From Candidatus Niyogibacteria bacterium (GTDB lineage Bacteria; Patescibacteriota; Minisyncoccia; HO2-45-28), in assembly GCA_016181935.1 (NCBI GenBank), contig JACOYI010000006.1, positions 1 to 60,005 on the forward strand: a DNA stretch of 60,005 bases, in the 5' to 3' direction. The position numbers and the translations under genes are program-made. The notes under the pieces are model-generated. The model worked only from the letters and a program-made list of their open reading frames with translations. It had not been told where the DNA came from and searched no databases. Each line of letters begins with the position of its first letter. The stretch's first letter is position 1. This document shows, piece after piece, positions 24,345-34,173 of the stretch.

Positions 24345-24386
24345 ATACTACCATATTCCTGACGGCCGTCAGGAATATGGTAGTAT
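24345..24386. repeat. Perfect 42-nt palindrome P2
   Basis: ATACTACCATATTCCTGACGG|CCGTCAGGAATATGGTAGTAT. Same core as P1 with one symmetric (compensated) change. Confidence 0.95.
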
Positions 24387-24420
24387 CGTTTTTCATGCTG
24401 CCAGCAGGTATAATAGGAAA

Positions 24421-27093
24421 ATGAAATCGTGGCATGCGGCAGAAGCGGCGGAGGTAGCGCGGGAACTCGATTCGGATATCGAACGCGGCCTTACGGAGCG
24501 CGAGGCCGCAGAACGTCTCAAAAAATTCGGGCCGAATGAGCTTATCCGGAAATCGTCGTTCCGGATGATCCGCATTATCTGGGACCAGATCCGGAGTCCG
24601 CTGGTCTTTGTTCTGATCATCGCGGGCGCGGTTTCGTGGCGGCTCGGCGATATCGCCGATACCGCCATTATTTTTTTAACAGTCGGCATCAATACCGTCA
24701 TCGGCGCCTATCAAGAAGGGCGCGCATCCCGCGCATTCGAAAAGCTCCGGCAAACGCTCGAAGCGCGCGCATTTGTATGGCGTGACGGCAAGGAATCGGA
24801 GGTCGACGCCCGCACCATCGTTCAAGGGGACATCATCCTTTTGCAGGATGGCGTTCGCGTTCCCGCCGATGCGCGCCTCATCACGGCGAAGGGGCTTGAG
24901 ATCAACGAGGCGCCATTCACCGGCGAATGGGCGCCGGTATCCAAATCAACGGAGGCGCAGAACGAAGCCGCCCGCCTTCCGGAGCGGCGGAATATGCTGT
25001 GGATGGGAACGCTGGTCACCGAAGGGCAGGCGCGGGCCGTCGTGGTGGCAACCGGCAACGCCAGCGAATTCGGGAAGATCGCCCGTTCCGTCGAAAATGA
25101 AAAACGGGAATTGACGCCATTTCAAAAAGGCGTGACGGGACTCGCGCGCGTCATCGGCATTCTGATCCTCTCGATCGTCGCCGTCATTTTCCTCCTCGGA
25201 ATCGTGCGAGGCCACACGGCCGCAGAAATGTTCCTGACCTCGATCGCGATCGCGGTCGCCGCCATTCCCGAGGGCTTGCCGGTCGCCGTCACCGTGGTGC
25301 TCGCGATCGGCATGTACCGCATCCTTGCGAAGGGCGGCCTTGTCCGCAAACTGGTCGCCGCCGAAACCCTCGGTTCCACAACGGTCATTCTGACGGACAA
25401 GACCGGAACGCTCACGACCGGCGAAATGCGCGTCGCGTCGCTCATCACCGCCGAGGGCGATGAACCGCCGCACGCAAAGACGAAAGCGGCGCAGGAAGCG
25501 CTCCGCGCCGGCGCACTTGCCTCCACGGCTTTTGTGGAAAATCCGGAGGATGATACCGCGCTCTGGAGGGTGCGCGGCAAACCCACGGATCGCGCCATGC
25601 TCATGGCCGGCATTGAATCGGGCCTTCGCCCCGCAAAACTCGAAGCCGAAATGCCTCGTATCGATTCCCTGCCGTTCGATGCGGAACGCCGTTACGCCGC
25701 ATCCCTGCATCATCCGCCAGTGGGCGGACCGGGCGGAAACCGCCTGTATTTTTCCGGCGCGCCGGAAACCCTTCTCTCCCATTCAACGAAGCTCTTGACC
25801 GAACGCGGCGAAATCGCGCTCGACGACGCAAGGCGCGATGAATTTTTGCAACAGAACCAGCAAACGGCGGAGCGCGGCATGCGCGTTATCGCCGTGGCGT
25901 CGCGCGACGCTGGTAACGAAACCGAGATCCGCCGAAAAGCCGACGGACTCCGCGACCTGACGTTCTTGGGCCTCATCGCATTCCACGACCCCATCCGTCC
26001 GGATGTGCGCGACGTTGTCGGGCAATCAACGCGCGCCGGCATCCGGACCGTTATCCTCACCGGAGATCATCTCGCGACGGCACGAGCCGTCGCGATCGAG
26101 TGCGGGGTCCTTAAGGATACCGACGACGATACGCATCTTGTTGAGGGCCCAGAGCTTGAGGCAAAAAGCGAATCCGAACTTAAAGCGCTCGTCGGGCGCA
26201 TCGCGGTTTTCGCGCGCGTCCTTCCGCACCAAAAACTCTCGATCGCCAAGGCATGGCAAGCCGAGGGCGCCGTTGTCGCGATGACCGGCGACGGCATCAA
26301 TGACGCCCCCGCGCTCCACGGCGCGGATATCGGCGTAGCACTAGGGTCGGGAACCGATGTCGCCAAGGAAGCATCCGATATGGTTCTTTTACAGGATAGT
26401 TTTGCGGTGATCGTACGCGCGATCGAGGAGGGGAGGGTCATCCTCGACAACCTCCGCAAGATCATCACGTATCTCTTGGCCGCGAATTTCAGTGAGATCT
26501 TTTTGATCGGCGGGGCGCTTTTTTTCGGATTGCCCGTGCCCATTCTGCCGGGACAGATCCTCTGGGCCAACATCGCCGAGGAGGGCTTCATGAATTTTGC
26601 GCTCGCGTTCGAACCCAAGGAGCGCGATGTATTGCGCCGCGACCCGACCGCACATTCATCCAAAAAACTATTGACATCGGAAATGTATTTCCTCATCTTC
26701 GGCGTCGGCATCCTCACGGCCCTCTTTCTTTTCGGCATGTATGTTTTTCTGTTGCGCCAAGGGGTGGACCTTGCGGAGATCCGCACTATCATGTTCGTCG
26801 GCGTATCGCTCGACGCGCTCATTTTCGCGTTTTCCTTCAAAAGTTTGCGCCAATCGCTCTGGCGCATCCCCATCTTCCATAATCCGTATTTCTTTGCCGC
26901 ACTCGGCGCGAGCATCGCGGTGCTTTTAGGCGCCATTTACATCCCGCCGCTTCGCGATCTGTTGAAACTGGAGGCGATCCATCCGGTGGCGGTCGCCGCG
27001 CTTGCCGGTATCGCGGTCTTCAATCTCGCCGCCATCGAGTGCGGCAAGTGGCTCTTTATCCATCACGCAAAAAAACGCAGAATGAGCGCATAG
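24421..27093 (+). CDS. P-type cation-transporting ATPase (P2, Ca2+-ATPase-like)
   Basis: DKTGTLT phosphorylation motif, TGDHLATA, MTGDGINDAPAL. Confidence 0.92.
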   Translation: MKSWHAAEAAEVARELDSDIERGLTEREAAERLKKFGPNELIRKSSFRMIRIIWDQIRSPLVFVLIIAGAVSWRLGDIADTAIIFLTVGINTVIGAYQEGRASRAFEKLRQTLEARAFVWRDGKESEVDARTIVQGDIILLQDGVRVPADARLITAKGLEINEAPFTGEWAPVSKSTEAQNEAARLPERRNMLWMGTLVTEGQARAVVVATGNASEFGKIARSVENEKRELTPFQKGVTGLARVIGILILSIVAVIFLLGIVRGHTAAEMFLTSIAIAVAAIPEGLPVAVTVVLAIGMYRILAKGGLVRKLVAAETLGSTTVILTDKTGTLTTGEMRVASLITAEGDEPPHAKTKAAQEALRAGALASTAFVENPEDDTALWRVRGKPTDRAMLMAGIESGLRPAKLEAEMPRIDSLPFDAERRYAASLHHPPVGGPGGNRLYFSGAPETLLSHSTKLLTERGEIALDDARRDEFLQQNQQTAERGMRVIAVASRDAGNETEIRRKADGLRDLTFLGLIAFHDPIRPDVRDVVGQSTRAGIRTVILTGDHLATARAVAIECGVLKDTDDDTHLVEGPELEAKSESELKALVGRIAVFARVLPHQKLSIAKAWQAEGAVVAMTGDGINDAPALHGADIGVALGSGTDVAKEASDMVLLQDSFAVIVRAIEEGRVILDNLRKIITYLLAANFSEIFLIGGALFFGLPVPILPGQILWANIAEEGFMNFALAFEPKERDVLRRDPTAHSSKKLLTSEMYFLIFGVGILTALFLFGMYVFLLRQGVDLAEIRTIMFVGVSLDALIFAFSFKSLRQSLWRIPIFHNPYFFAALGASIAVLLGAIYIPPLRDLLKLEAIHPVAVAALAGIAVFNLAAIECGKWLFIHHAKKRRMSA

Positions 27094-27097
27094 ACCC

Positions 27098-28048
27098 ATG
27101 GCGATCCCTCTTCTTGTTTTCATCGGTTCTTTTTTTGTTCTCGCGCGTTCGAGCGTATTTCTGGTTTCGTCGCTTACGAATCTTGCGCGCATCCTTCATC
27201 TTTCCGAATACCTCGTTGCCTTTATTTTGATGAGTTTTGCGACATCGGTTTCCGAGCTTTTTATCGGCGTCTCTTCCGCGCTCGACGGAGTTCCCCGGTT
27301 GTCGCTCGGGAATATCCTGGGCGCGAATCTTCTGAATATCACGATCGTTATCGGCGTCTCGGCGATCATTGCGCGCGGACTTTCGGTGGAAAGCAAAATA
27401 TCGCGCAAAAATTTCTGGCTCATCTTTTTCCTGTCGCTTCTGCCGTTTCTTTTGGGGGTGGATGGGGTCATCTCACGCGCTGACGGATTTGCGCTTCTGG
27501 TCACCTTTTTCATTTATATCTGGCACGTATTGGAGGAACGCGAATATTTCACCAAAGTCATCAATAACCGGCCGGCCACATTCGCGATCGTCCAGAGCAC
27601 GGTGCGCGACCTTGCGGTATTCGGTGCCGCGACCATCGCGCTTCTTCTCAGCTCATGGGCGGTCGTCTGGGCGGGGGAGCGCATTGCCGAATCGCTTTCA
27701 TTCGGTCTTGTTGCGTTCGGCGCGCTTTTTGTTGCGCTCGGAACGACCATGCCGGAACTCACAGTGGGCGTCCGCGCCGCGCTTTCGAACCGCGGAGCGC
27801 TTGCCGTTGGAAATGCGCTCGGCTCCGTCGCATTCAACGCCACCTTCATCGTGGGGCTTGTCAGCATCATCCATCCCATCGCCATCCGAGCGCCGGATCA
27901 ATCCCTGACCTTGATCGGCGCTTTCGTCGCCGCATTCATTCTTTTCAATCTTTTCCTTTACCGCGATACAACGATCAGCCGCGCGGAGGGGTTGGCGCTC
28001 GCGGGCGTCTACGGCGCATTCGTCATCGTGGAATATTTCCTTCTCTAG
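27098..28048 (+). CDS. Ca2+/Na+ antiporter family (CaCA, YrbG-like) membrane protein
   Basis: Two alpha-repeat regions (SVSELFIG.. / GTTMPELTVG..), about 10 TM segments. Confidence 0.85.
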   Translation: MAIPLLVFIGSFFVLARSSVFLVSSLTNLARILHLSEYLVAFILMSFATSVSELFIGVSSALDGVPRLSLGNILGANLLNITIVIGVSAIIARGLSVESKISRKNFWLIFFLSLLPFLLGVDGVISRADGFALLVTFFIYIWHVLEEREYFTKVINNRPATFAIVQSTVRDLAVFGAATIALLLSSWAVVWAGERIAESLSFGLVAFGALFVALGTTMPELTVGVRAALSNRGALAVGNALGSVAFNATFIVGLVSIIHPIAIRAPDQSLTLIGAFVAAFILFNLFLYRDTTISRAEGLALAGVYGAFVIVEYFLL

Positions 28049-28062
28049 GGTATACTGACGCA

Positions 28063-29106
28063 ATGACGATCGGTGTTTTTTTCGCGATTCTTGGCGTAAT
28101 CGGAGCCATTCTCGGCCCTCTCATCCTTTTTTTATTCATGAAAAAGCGCGCCCCGCAGGGCGGCGAAGCGCTCACGCTCCTTCAAAATCAAATCGGCGAA
28201 CTCGCGCGCACGCTCGATAACCGTCTCGGGGAATCGACCCGCGCGATCCAGACCCATTTCGGCGCCTCCACCGACATCATCCGCGACGTGACCGAGCGCC
28301 TCACAAAACTCGATGAAACCAACCGGCAGGTCATCGGCTTCGCCGATCAACTGCGGAATCTGCAGGATATCCTCAAAAACCCAAAACAGCGGGGGATTCT
28401 CGGGGAATATTTCCTCGAAAACGTGCTTAAGAACGTGCTGGGGGTGAAGCACTATCAGATGCAATACAAATTTGCGGATGGCGAGATCGTTGATGCCGCC
28501 ATCTTTCTCGATAAAGGCAAAGTTCTGCCGGTGGATTCCAAATTTTCGCTCGAAAACTACAACCGCCTGCTCGACACTCACGACCCCGCGGAACGTGAAC
28601 CCATCGAACGCGCATTCAAACAGGACCTGAAAAACCGCATCGACGAAACCTCCAAATACATCCGCCCGAGCGAGGGGACGATGGATTTCGCCTTCATGTT
28701 CATCCCGTCCGAAGCGATCTATTACGACCTTCTTTCGAATCAGGTGGGCGCCACGCACACCCGCGCCCGCGACCTCATCGAGTATGCCTTCAACGAGAAG
28801 CACGTCATCATCGTCTCGCCGACATCATTTCTGGCCTATCTCCAGACCGTCCTGCAGGGCCTGCGCAGTTTGCAGATCGAGGAATCGGCCAAGGAGATCC
28901 GCAAGCGCGTGGAGGAACTGGGGCGCCATATCAAAAGCTACGATGAGTTTTCAAAGCGCCTCGGCACGAACCTCATCACGACCGTGAACGCCTATAACGC
29001 CTCGCAAAAAGAACTCGGCAAGATCGATAAGGATGTTTTTCGCATCACCGGAGAGGATATCGGCATCGAACCCCAGCTCGTTGACAAGCCCGAGCTCGAG
29101 GAATAG
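28063..29106 (+). CDS. rmuC: DNA recombination protein RmuC
   Basis: Start taken at MTIGVFFAILG (TM). Coiled-coil then the RmuC nuclease-like domain (VDSKFSLENY, FMFIPSEAIY). The ORF-track extension to 27655 was rejected. Confidence 0.85.
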   Translation: MTIGVFFAILGVIGAILGPLILFLFMKKRAPQGGEALTLLQNQIGELARTLDNRLGESTRAIQTHFGASTDIIRDVTERLTKLDETNRQVIGFADQLRNLQDILKNPKQRGILGEYFLENVLKNVLGVKHYQMQYKFADGEIVDAAIFLDKGKVLPVDSKFSLENYNRLLDTHDPAEREPIERAFKQDLKNRIDETSKYIRPSEGTMDFAFMFIPSEAIYYDLLSNQVGATHTRARDLIEYAFNEKHVIIVSPTSFLAYLQTVLQGLRSLQIEESAKEIRKRVEELGRHIKSYDEFSKRLGTNLITTVNAYNASQKELGKIDKDVFRITGEDIGIEPQLVDKPELEE

Positions 29107-29118
29107 AATAGCGCCATT

Positions 29119-29439
29119 ATGACATTTGCGGTCATCCGCACCGGCGGCAAGCAGTATGTGGCCCGAGCCGGTGAAAAACTCGAAATTGAGAAGCTCGAAG
29201 CCCCCCAAAAGGGGAATGCGGTGACCTTTTCCGAGGTGCTTTTTTATGCGGACGGGGAGCGCGTGGAGATCGGGCGGCCGCTTGTCGCGGGCGCCGAGGT
29301 CCGCGCCGAGTATCTGGATACAAAAAAAGACGATAAGGTCATCGTGTTCCGCTACCACTCCAAAACCCGCATGCGCAAAAAACGGGGCCACCGCCAGCCG
29401 CATACAACGGTGCTGGTAAAGGAAATCGTGCTCAAGTAA
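29119..29439 (+). CDS. rplU: 50S ribosomal protein L21
   Basis: MTFAVIRTGGKQYVARAGEKLEIEKL. Confidence 0.93.
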   Translation: MTFAVIRTGGKQYVARAGEKLEIEKLEAPQKGNAVTFSEVLFYADGERVEIGRPLVAGAEVRAEYLDTKKDDKVIVFRYHSKTRMRKKRGHRQPHTTVLVKEIVLK

Positions 29440-29450
29440 AACACGAAGGA

Positions 29451-29603
29451 TAGAACTCATCCCAAAGCCTCACTCGTGCATGCCGCGCGTAGGCACGCCG
29501 TATTTTTCTGCTGAAAAATCTGCTTACTCTCGCGCCGCCGCGCTCCGAGAATCCTACTCGCGGCATGCGCTCGTTCCAATCAACGGTTTTGGGATGAGTT
29601 CTA
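29451..29603 (-). mobile_element. 153-bp MITE-like element, copy 2 (inverted relative to copy 1)
   Basis: Same length and terminal repeats (TAGAACTCATCCCAAA...TTTGGGATGAGTTCTA); about 90% identical to the reverse complement of 7230-7382 by eye. Confidence 0.8.
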
Positions 29604-29630
29604 GTCCTTTTCTGACAGAACTACCCTTTG
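29602..29630. repeat. Degenerate copy of the palindromic hairpin element
   Basis: TAGTCCTTTTCTGACAGAACTACCCTTTG retains one arm, the loop start and the other arm's end. Confidence 0.55.
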
Positions 29631-29634
29631 TGTT

Positions 29635-31512
29635 TTACTTGAGGTGATAGATAAAAATCGCTGTTCCCGCGCGCGCGACAGGCTCCTTGTCCTTAAGCCA
29701 CGCATAAGAATCCTCGGGGCGAACAATAAACCCTTTGACCGGCCGCGCTTGGGCTCCTTTTAACAAAGTCGCCGACACCGCGATCCATTCAGGGTCGCCC
29801 CCCGCAACATTCGGCGCGCCTTTTGCCGAGTACCACGGAACGAATTTTTCGCCGAGATAATAGGCGGGGGAACCGCCGCCGAAATAATCCACGCCGATCT
29901 TTTGAATGTTGTTTTTCTCGACGAATTTCTTGAGCCGTTTTAAATCCTGCCCCCAATCGAAATTCGAATCCACGATGAAATTGTGGCCGTTCGCCGTGCC
30001 GCCCGCAAGCGCATTATAATACGAAAGATAATACGGAAACGCCGCGATCGTCGATAACGCCATCCACGTAAGAAGCGCCATCAGGACCAAAACGCGCGGC
30101 GCGGCTTTGATATATCGCCGATAGATCGTGATGAACCACTCCCGCATGGTCTGGGGATCCGGATAGGCATTCCATGATATCCCGCGGATGATCTCGCGCG
30201 CGACCAACAAATAGATGAACGGGAATGTCGGGAGGACATGGCGCACGCCGATGTTGAGCAAACTCGTCACGGATTGCAGCCAATAGACGCCGATAAAAAG
30301 AATACCGGCGGTGAGCACGAAGTTATCGCGCATCCATTCGAATACCGCGCGGAGCGACCACCGGGACCGCGCAACAAACCAACCCGTTATCAAGAGCGAA
30401 GAGGCCGCAAGAAGCAAAAAGGGGAGCGGCTCCTTCAAAAGAAATGCGACCGGAAAATACCACCGCCATCCCTGATTGGTGACATCGCCCAAAAAGAATG
30501 TCGTATTCCCGCCGGCCGCGCGTTGAACCACCATCAAGACCCCCAGCGCATACTCTGCGAGCGGGCGCGACAGCGGATGCTCGACCATCCAGAGCGTCGC
30601 CGACGCCGCAGGCCGAAATCCAAATGTGCGCAATAAATACGCGGAATCCGCGAGTTGGCGTTCGGGTGGATAATTTTGGACATGAAATGCATATACCCCC
30701 CAAACCAAAACGAGCGCCAAAGCGCCGATGGCCGCGAGCTTCGGCAAAAGTAAAACGAATGAACGGAACGCCCCGCCGATCGGCATCAGGAATCCCCGAA
30801 GCCGCGCGTGATCGGCGTGCGAAAGAACGAGCCAGAGCACCACATACATCGCGTACAGGGGCGGCAGAAGAATGGTCGAAAATTTCAGCAGGAGTGCGGC
30901 GCCGAATGCCAGACCCGCAATGATGGTCCGCATCCACGACGGGCGTTCCAAAAAAGCCGTGAATGTCGCGATCCCGACAAAAAACGCGAACGCGGCCGCT
31001 ACATCCGTTGTCACATACCGCGCGTGCGCAATGAACGTCGGAGAAAAACTGAAGAAGAAAAGCGCAAGCAGGGCGACTTTTACGCCGTATCGGGACCGCA
31101 CCCATACAAAAAATAACCATCCGAAAAAAAGCGCCAGAAGCATCATCGGCAGGCGCGATGCAAAAAGGATAGCGCCCGCGCGATTGCCGGATTCGTAGAG
31201 ATAGAGCCGCCCCATCTCCCATTGACCGTTCAAATCTTCTGTCCATGCGCTCGCGCCCGTCGGAAAATTCGGGCGAAGGAAAAAATAAGGGATGACCGCG
31301 GAAAGGTCCTTGATGAGCGGCGGGTGTTCCGGATTCAGGCGATAATCGCGCTCCGATAAATAGGAGAACCCGGCGGGAATATGCGCCTGCTCATCGGTGG
31401 TCGCGGAATCACCAAGCACGGAGCCGACCATAAGAACCGCCATGACCGCAAGCATCCCCCCTGCCAGCCAATTCGACGCCTTGTGATAAAATTCCGCAAA
31501 CATCCCTTCCAT
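29635..31512 (-). CDS. GT-C fold glycosyltransferase (family 39 / ArnT-PMT-like)
   Basis: More than 10 TM segments, early TTDEQAHIPAGFSYL loop motif, soluble C-terminal domain. Confidence 0.8.
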   Translation of the reverse strand: MEGMFAEFYHKASNWLAGGMLAVMAVLMVGSVLGDSATTDEQAHIPAGFSYLSERDYRLNPEHPPLIKDLSAVIPYFFLRPNFPTGASAWTEDLNGQWEMGRLYLYESGNRAGAILFASRLPMMLLALFFGWLFFVWVRSRYGVKVALLALFFFSFSPTFIAHARYVTTDVAAAFAFFVGIATFTAFLERPSWMRTIIAGLAFGAALLLKFSTILLPPLYAMYVVLWLVLSHADHARLRGFLMPIGGAFRSFVLLLPKLAAIGALALVLVWGVYAFHVQNYPPERQLADSAYLLRTFGFRPAASATLWMVEHPLSRPLAEYALGVLMVVQRAAGGNTTFFLGDVTNQGWRWYFPVAFLLKEPLPFLLLAASSLLITGWFVARSRWSLRAVFEWMRDNFVLTAGILFIGVYWLQSVTSLLNIGVRHVLPTFPFIYLLVAREIIRGISWNAYPDPQTMREWFITIYRRYIKAAPRVLVLMALLTWMALSTIAAFPYYLSYYNALAGGTANGHNFIVDSNFDWGQDLKRLKKFVEKNNIQKIGVDYFGGGSPAYYLGEKFVPWYSAKGAPNVAGGDPEWIAVSATLLKGAQARPVKGFIVRPEDSYAWLKDKEPVARAGTAIFIYHLK

Positions 31513-31533
31513 TATATGGTATACTCAATTCAT

Positions 31534-31719
31534 ATGGAAACACTCCCACCCGATCGCGAGGCGGGGCATGCCGCCCAAATCGAAGCACTGCTCGAGATCG
31601 CGCGCAAAAAGGGGCTGGAAGAAGCGGTCAACGAGGCGCGGAGAACCAATAATCCCCACATTTTAGACGATCTCCACGACCGATTGGCGACCGAGATCCG
31701 CCGGTCGCTTCTCGAATAA
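31534..31719 (+). CDS. Hypothetical small helical protein (61 aa)
   Basis: ATG at 31534; the stop is 2 nt before the next gene; no family recognised. Confidence 0.45.
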   Translation: METLPPDREAGHAAQIEALLEIARKKGLEEAVNEARRTNNPHILDDLHDRLATEIRRSLLE

Positions 31720-31721
31720 CA

Positions 31722-34166
31722 ATGTCCGGCGTTCTGCTTTTGTGGTTCGTTATCGGTGCGGGAGCTCTGTTGGTGAGCGCCAGCGTATTTCTTTTTTTAC
31801 GACGCCTCGGCGCTTCGGCGCGACTCCGAACCGAACTCGATTTCGCGCTCTACGAGGTCACCCTGCCGGCGCTTACGGGAGCCCAAACCGGTTCATTCCG
31901 CGACAAGATCGCGGTCATGGAACAATTTTACGTGGGGATGACCGCGCTTTTTGAGCGGCGTCTTTTTATCGGCCGCACGTCCTACGCGCTTGAGATCGGC
32001 CTCCCGTCCATAGGTGAGGAACTTTCGTTTTTCGTCGCCGTTCCCGCAAAACGCGCGCGCCTTTTTGAAAAACAGCTTTCGAGCGTTTTCCCGCAAGCGC
32101 ATATCGAACTCAAAGCCGGGGATTATAACATCTTCAATCCGGCAGGCGTCGCCGCCGCCGGCTCCCTGACGCTTGAAAAAAATCCGGCGCTTTCCCTTCG
32201 GACCTATGCGCGGCTGGACGCCGATCCGCTCGAAATCATTGCGAATGCGTTTTCCAAACTCCAAAAAGAAGGGGAGGGAGCCGCGCTTCAGATCGTTCTT
32301 TCTTCGGCGCCGTCCCGATGGCGCGTCAAGATCAAAAAGGCGGCTTCCGCCCTTCGCGCGGGCAAAAGCATCAAGAGCGTGCTCCAGGAATTCGAGGAGG
32401 GACGACGATGGTTCCGCGATGCGTTGGATGCCGTCGTTTTCTTGATCAGCGGACACCATGCGTTCCGCGGTCCCGAATCGAAACCGGCGCCGGAGCTTGA
32501 GCCCAGACAAACATCCCTCGACACCGAGCTCATCAAACTCGTGGAAGAAAAAGCGTCCTCAACGATCATGTCTGCAAACATCCGCATCGCGACGTCCGCC
32601 GCGACTCAAGACGATGCCGATACGATTTTAAAAGAGGTGGCATCGGCTTTTCTGCAGTTCGCCGAACCCTCGGGCAACGCGTTCAAGATCCGCGTCGCCG
32701 AAGGCCGCGAATTAAAAAAGGCCCTGTATCAATTCACGTTCCGCGAATTCGACCGAAAACAAAGCGTCATCCTTTCGACGCGCGAATTGACGAGCATCTA
32801 CCACTTTCCGGTCGGGGCGACCACCCCCGCCATCAAAACGCTCCGAGGCCGCGAAGCGCCGCCGCCTGTCGGACTTTCTCCGGACGGCCTGCTCCTCGGC
32901 ATCAATACGTATCGCGGACAGCAGATGGACGTCCGCCTTCTGCGCGATGACCGGCGCCGGCACTTCTACGTCATCGGACAGACCGGCACCGGGAAAACGG
33001 CCCTTCTTCAAAATTTGATCGTGCAGGATATCCGCGCGGGGGAGGGTGTTTGCATCATTGATCCGCATGGCGACATGGCAGAAGCGATCGTGGGACTCGT
33101 GCCGGAAGAACGCAAAAGCGACGTGATCTATTTCGATCCCGGAACTATTGACCGCCCGCTGGGCCTTAACTTTTTGGAATATGATCCGGCGTATCCGGAG
33201 CAAAAAACATTCATTATCAATGAACTCTTGGAGATCTTTAAAAAACTCTACGCGGGCGTCCCCGAAGCGCTCGGCCCCATGTTCGAAACGTATTTTCGCA
33301 ACGCAACGCTCTTGGTGATCGAAGACCCCGCATCCGGAAACACGCTCCTCGAGATCGAGCGGGTCATGGCCGACAAGGAATTCCGCGACCTGAAGCTCTC
33401 GCGTTCAAAAAATCCCATTGTCAATGCATTCTGGAAAGATGTGGCGGAACGGACAGGCGGCGAGGCGTCGCTCGCGAACATGGTCCCGTATATCACATCA
33501 AAATTCGACACATTTCTTACCAACGAGATCATGCGGCCGATCCTGCTGCAGGAACATTCGTCGTTCCGGTTCCGCGAGGTCCTTGACCAAAAGAAGATCC
33601 TGATTGTCAACCTGTCCAAGGGGCGGGTGGGGGAGACGAACGCGGCGCTCTTGGGACTCATTATCGTCGGCAAGATCGCGATGGCGGCATTCTCACGCGT
33701 GGATATGCCGGAAGACAAACGCGCCGATTTTTATTTGTACCTCGATGAATTCCAAAACGTCATCACACCCACGATCTCGACGATTCTTTCGGAGGCGCGC
33801 AAATACCGCCTCTCGCTCATTATGGCGCATCAATTTTTGGGACAGCTCACGGATGATATCCGCAAAGCCGTGATCGGAACCGTGGGGTCGATCGCGGCAT
33901 TTCGCGTCGGCGCGGATGACGCCGAGGTTTTAAAAAATCAATTTGAGCCGGTATTCTCGGCGGCCGACCTCATGAATATCGAAAATTACCGCGCCTATGT
34001 CCGTTTGCTTGTCCGCGGCGAGACGCGGCGGGCATTCAATATCGCGTCGCTCCCTCCGGAAGCGGGCGACCCCGCGCGCGGGGCGGAGATCAAAACCCTC
34101 TCGACCCAGACCTACGGACGCCGGAGAGCAGAGATCGACATGGAGATCCAAAGGCGTTATCAATAA
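31722..34166 (+). CDS. TraD/VirD4-type (type IV coupling-protein-like) P-loop ATPase with N-terminal TM
   Basis: YVIGQTGTGKTALLQNL Walker A, FYLYLDEFQNV Walker B, SLIMAHQFLGQL. Confidence 0.75.
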   Translation: MSGVLLLWFVIGAGALLVSASVFLFLRRLGASARLRTELDFALYEVTLPALTGAQTGSFRDKIAVMEQFYVGMTALFERRLFIGRTSYALEIGLPSIGEELSFFVAVPAKRARLFEKQLSSVFPQAHIELKAGDYNIFNPAGVAAAGSLTLEKNPALSLRTYARLDADPLEIIANAFSKLQKEGEGAALQIVLSSAPSRWRVKIKKAASALRAGKSIKSVLQEFEEGRRWFRDALDAVVFLISGHHAFRGPESKPAPELEPRQTSLDTELIKLVEEKASSTIMSANIRIATSAATQDDADTILKEVASAFLQFAEPSGNAFKIRVAEGRELKKALYQFTFREFDRKQSVILSTRELTSIYHFPVGATTPAIKTLRGREAPPPVGLSPDGLLLGINTYRGQQMDVRLLRDDRRRHFYVIGQTGTGKTALLQNLIVQDIRAGEGVCIIDPHGDMAEAIVGLVPEERKSDVIYFDPGTIDRPLGLNFLEYDPAYPEQKTFIINELLEIFKKLYAGVPEALGPMFETYFRNATLLVIEDPASGNTLLEIERVMADKEFRDLKLSRSKNPIVNAFWKDVAERTGGEASLANMVPYITSKFDTFLTNEIMRPILLQEHSSFRFREVLDQKKILIVNLSKGRVGETNAALLGLIIVGKIAMAAFSRVDMPEDKRADFYLYLDEFQNVITPTISTILSEARKYRLSLIMAHQFLGQLTDDIRKAVIGTVGSIAAFRVGADDAEVLKNQFEPVFSAADLMNIENYRAYVRLLVRGETRRAFNIASLPPEAGDPARGAEIKTLSTQTYGRRRAEIDMEIQRRYQ

Positions 34167-34173
34167 TTCATTC

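Noticed and set aside
27655-28062. N-terminal extensions in the ORF track (rmuC 27655; also 36458..38065, 40362..41702, 41441..43210, 33997..34173, 43616..43951, 45398..45430, 46629..46685, 51736..51753, 54798..54911)
   Set aside because: The extensions overlap the upstream gene or an intergenic repeat and translate to Arg/Pro-rich junk. Internal ATGs give canonical N-termini.
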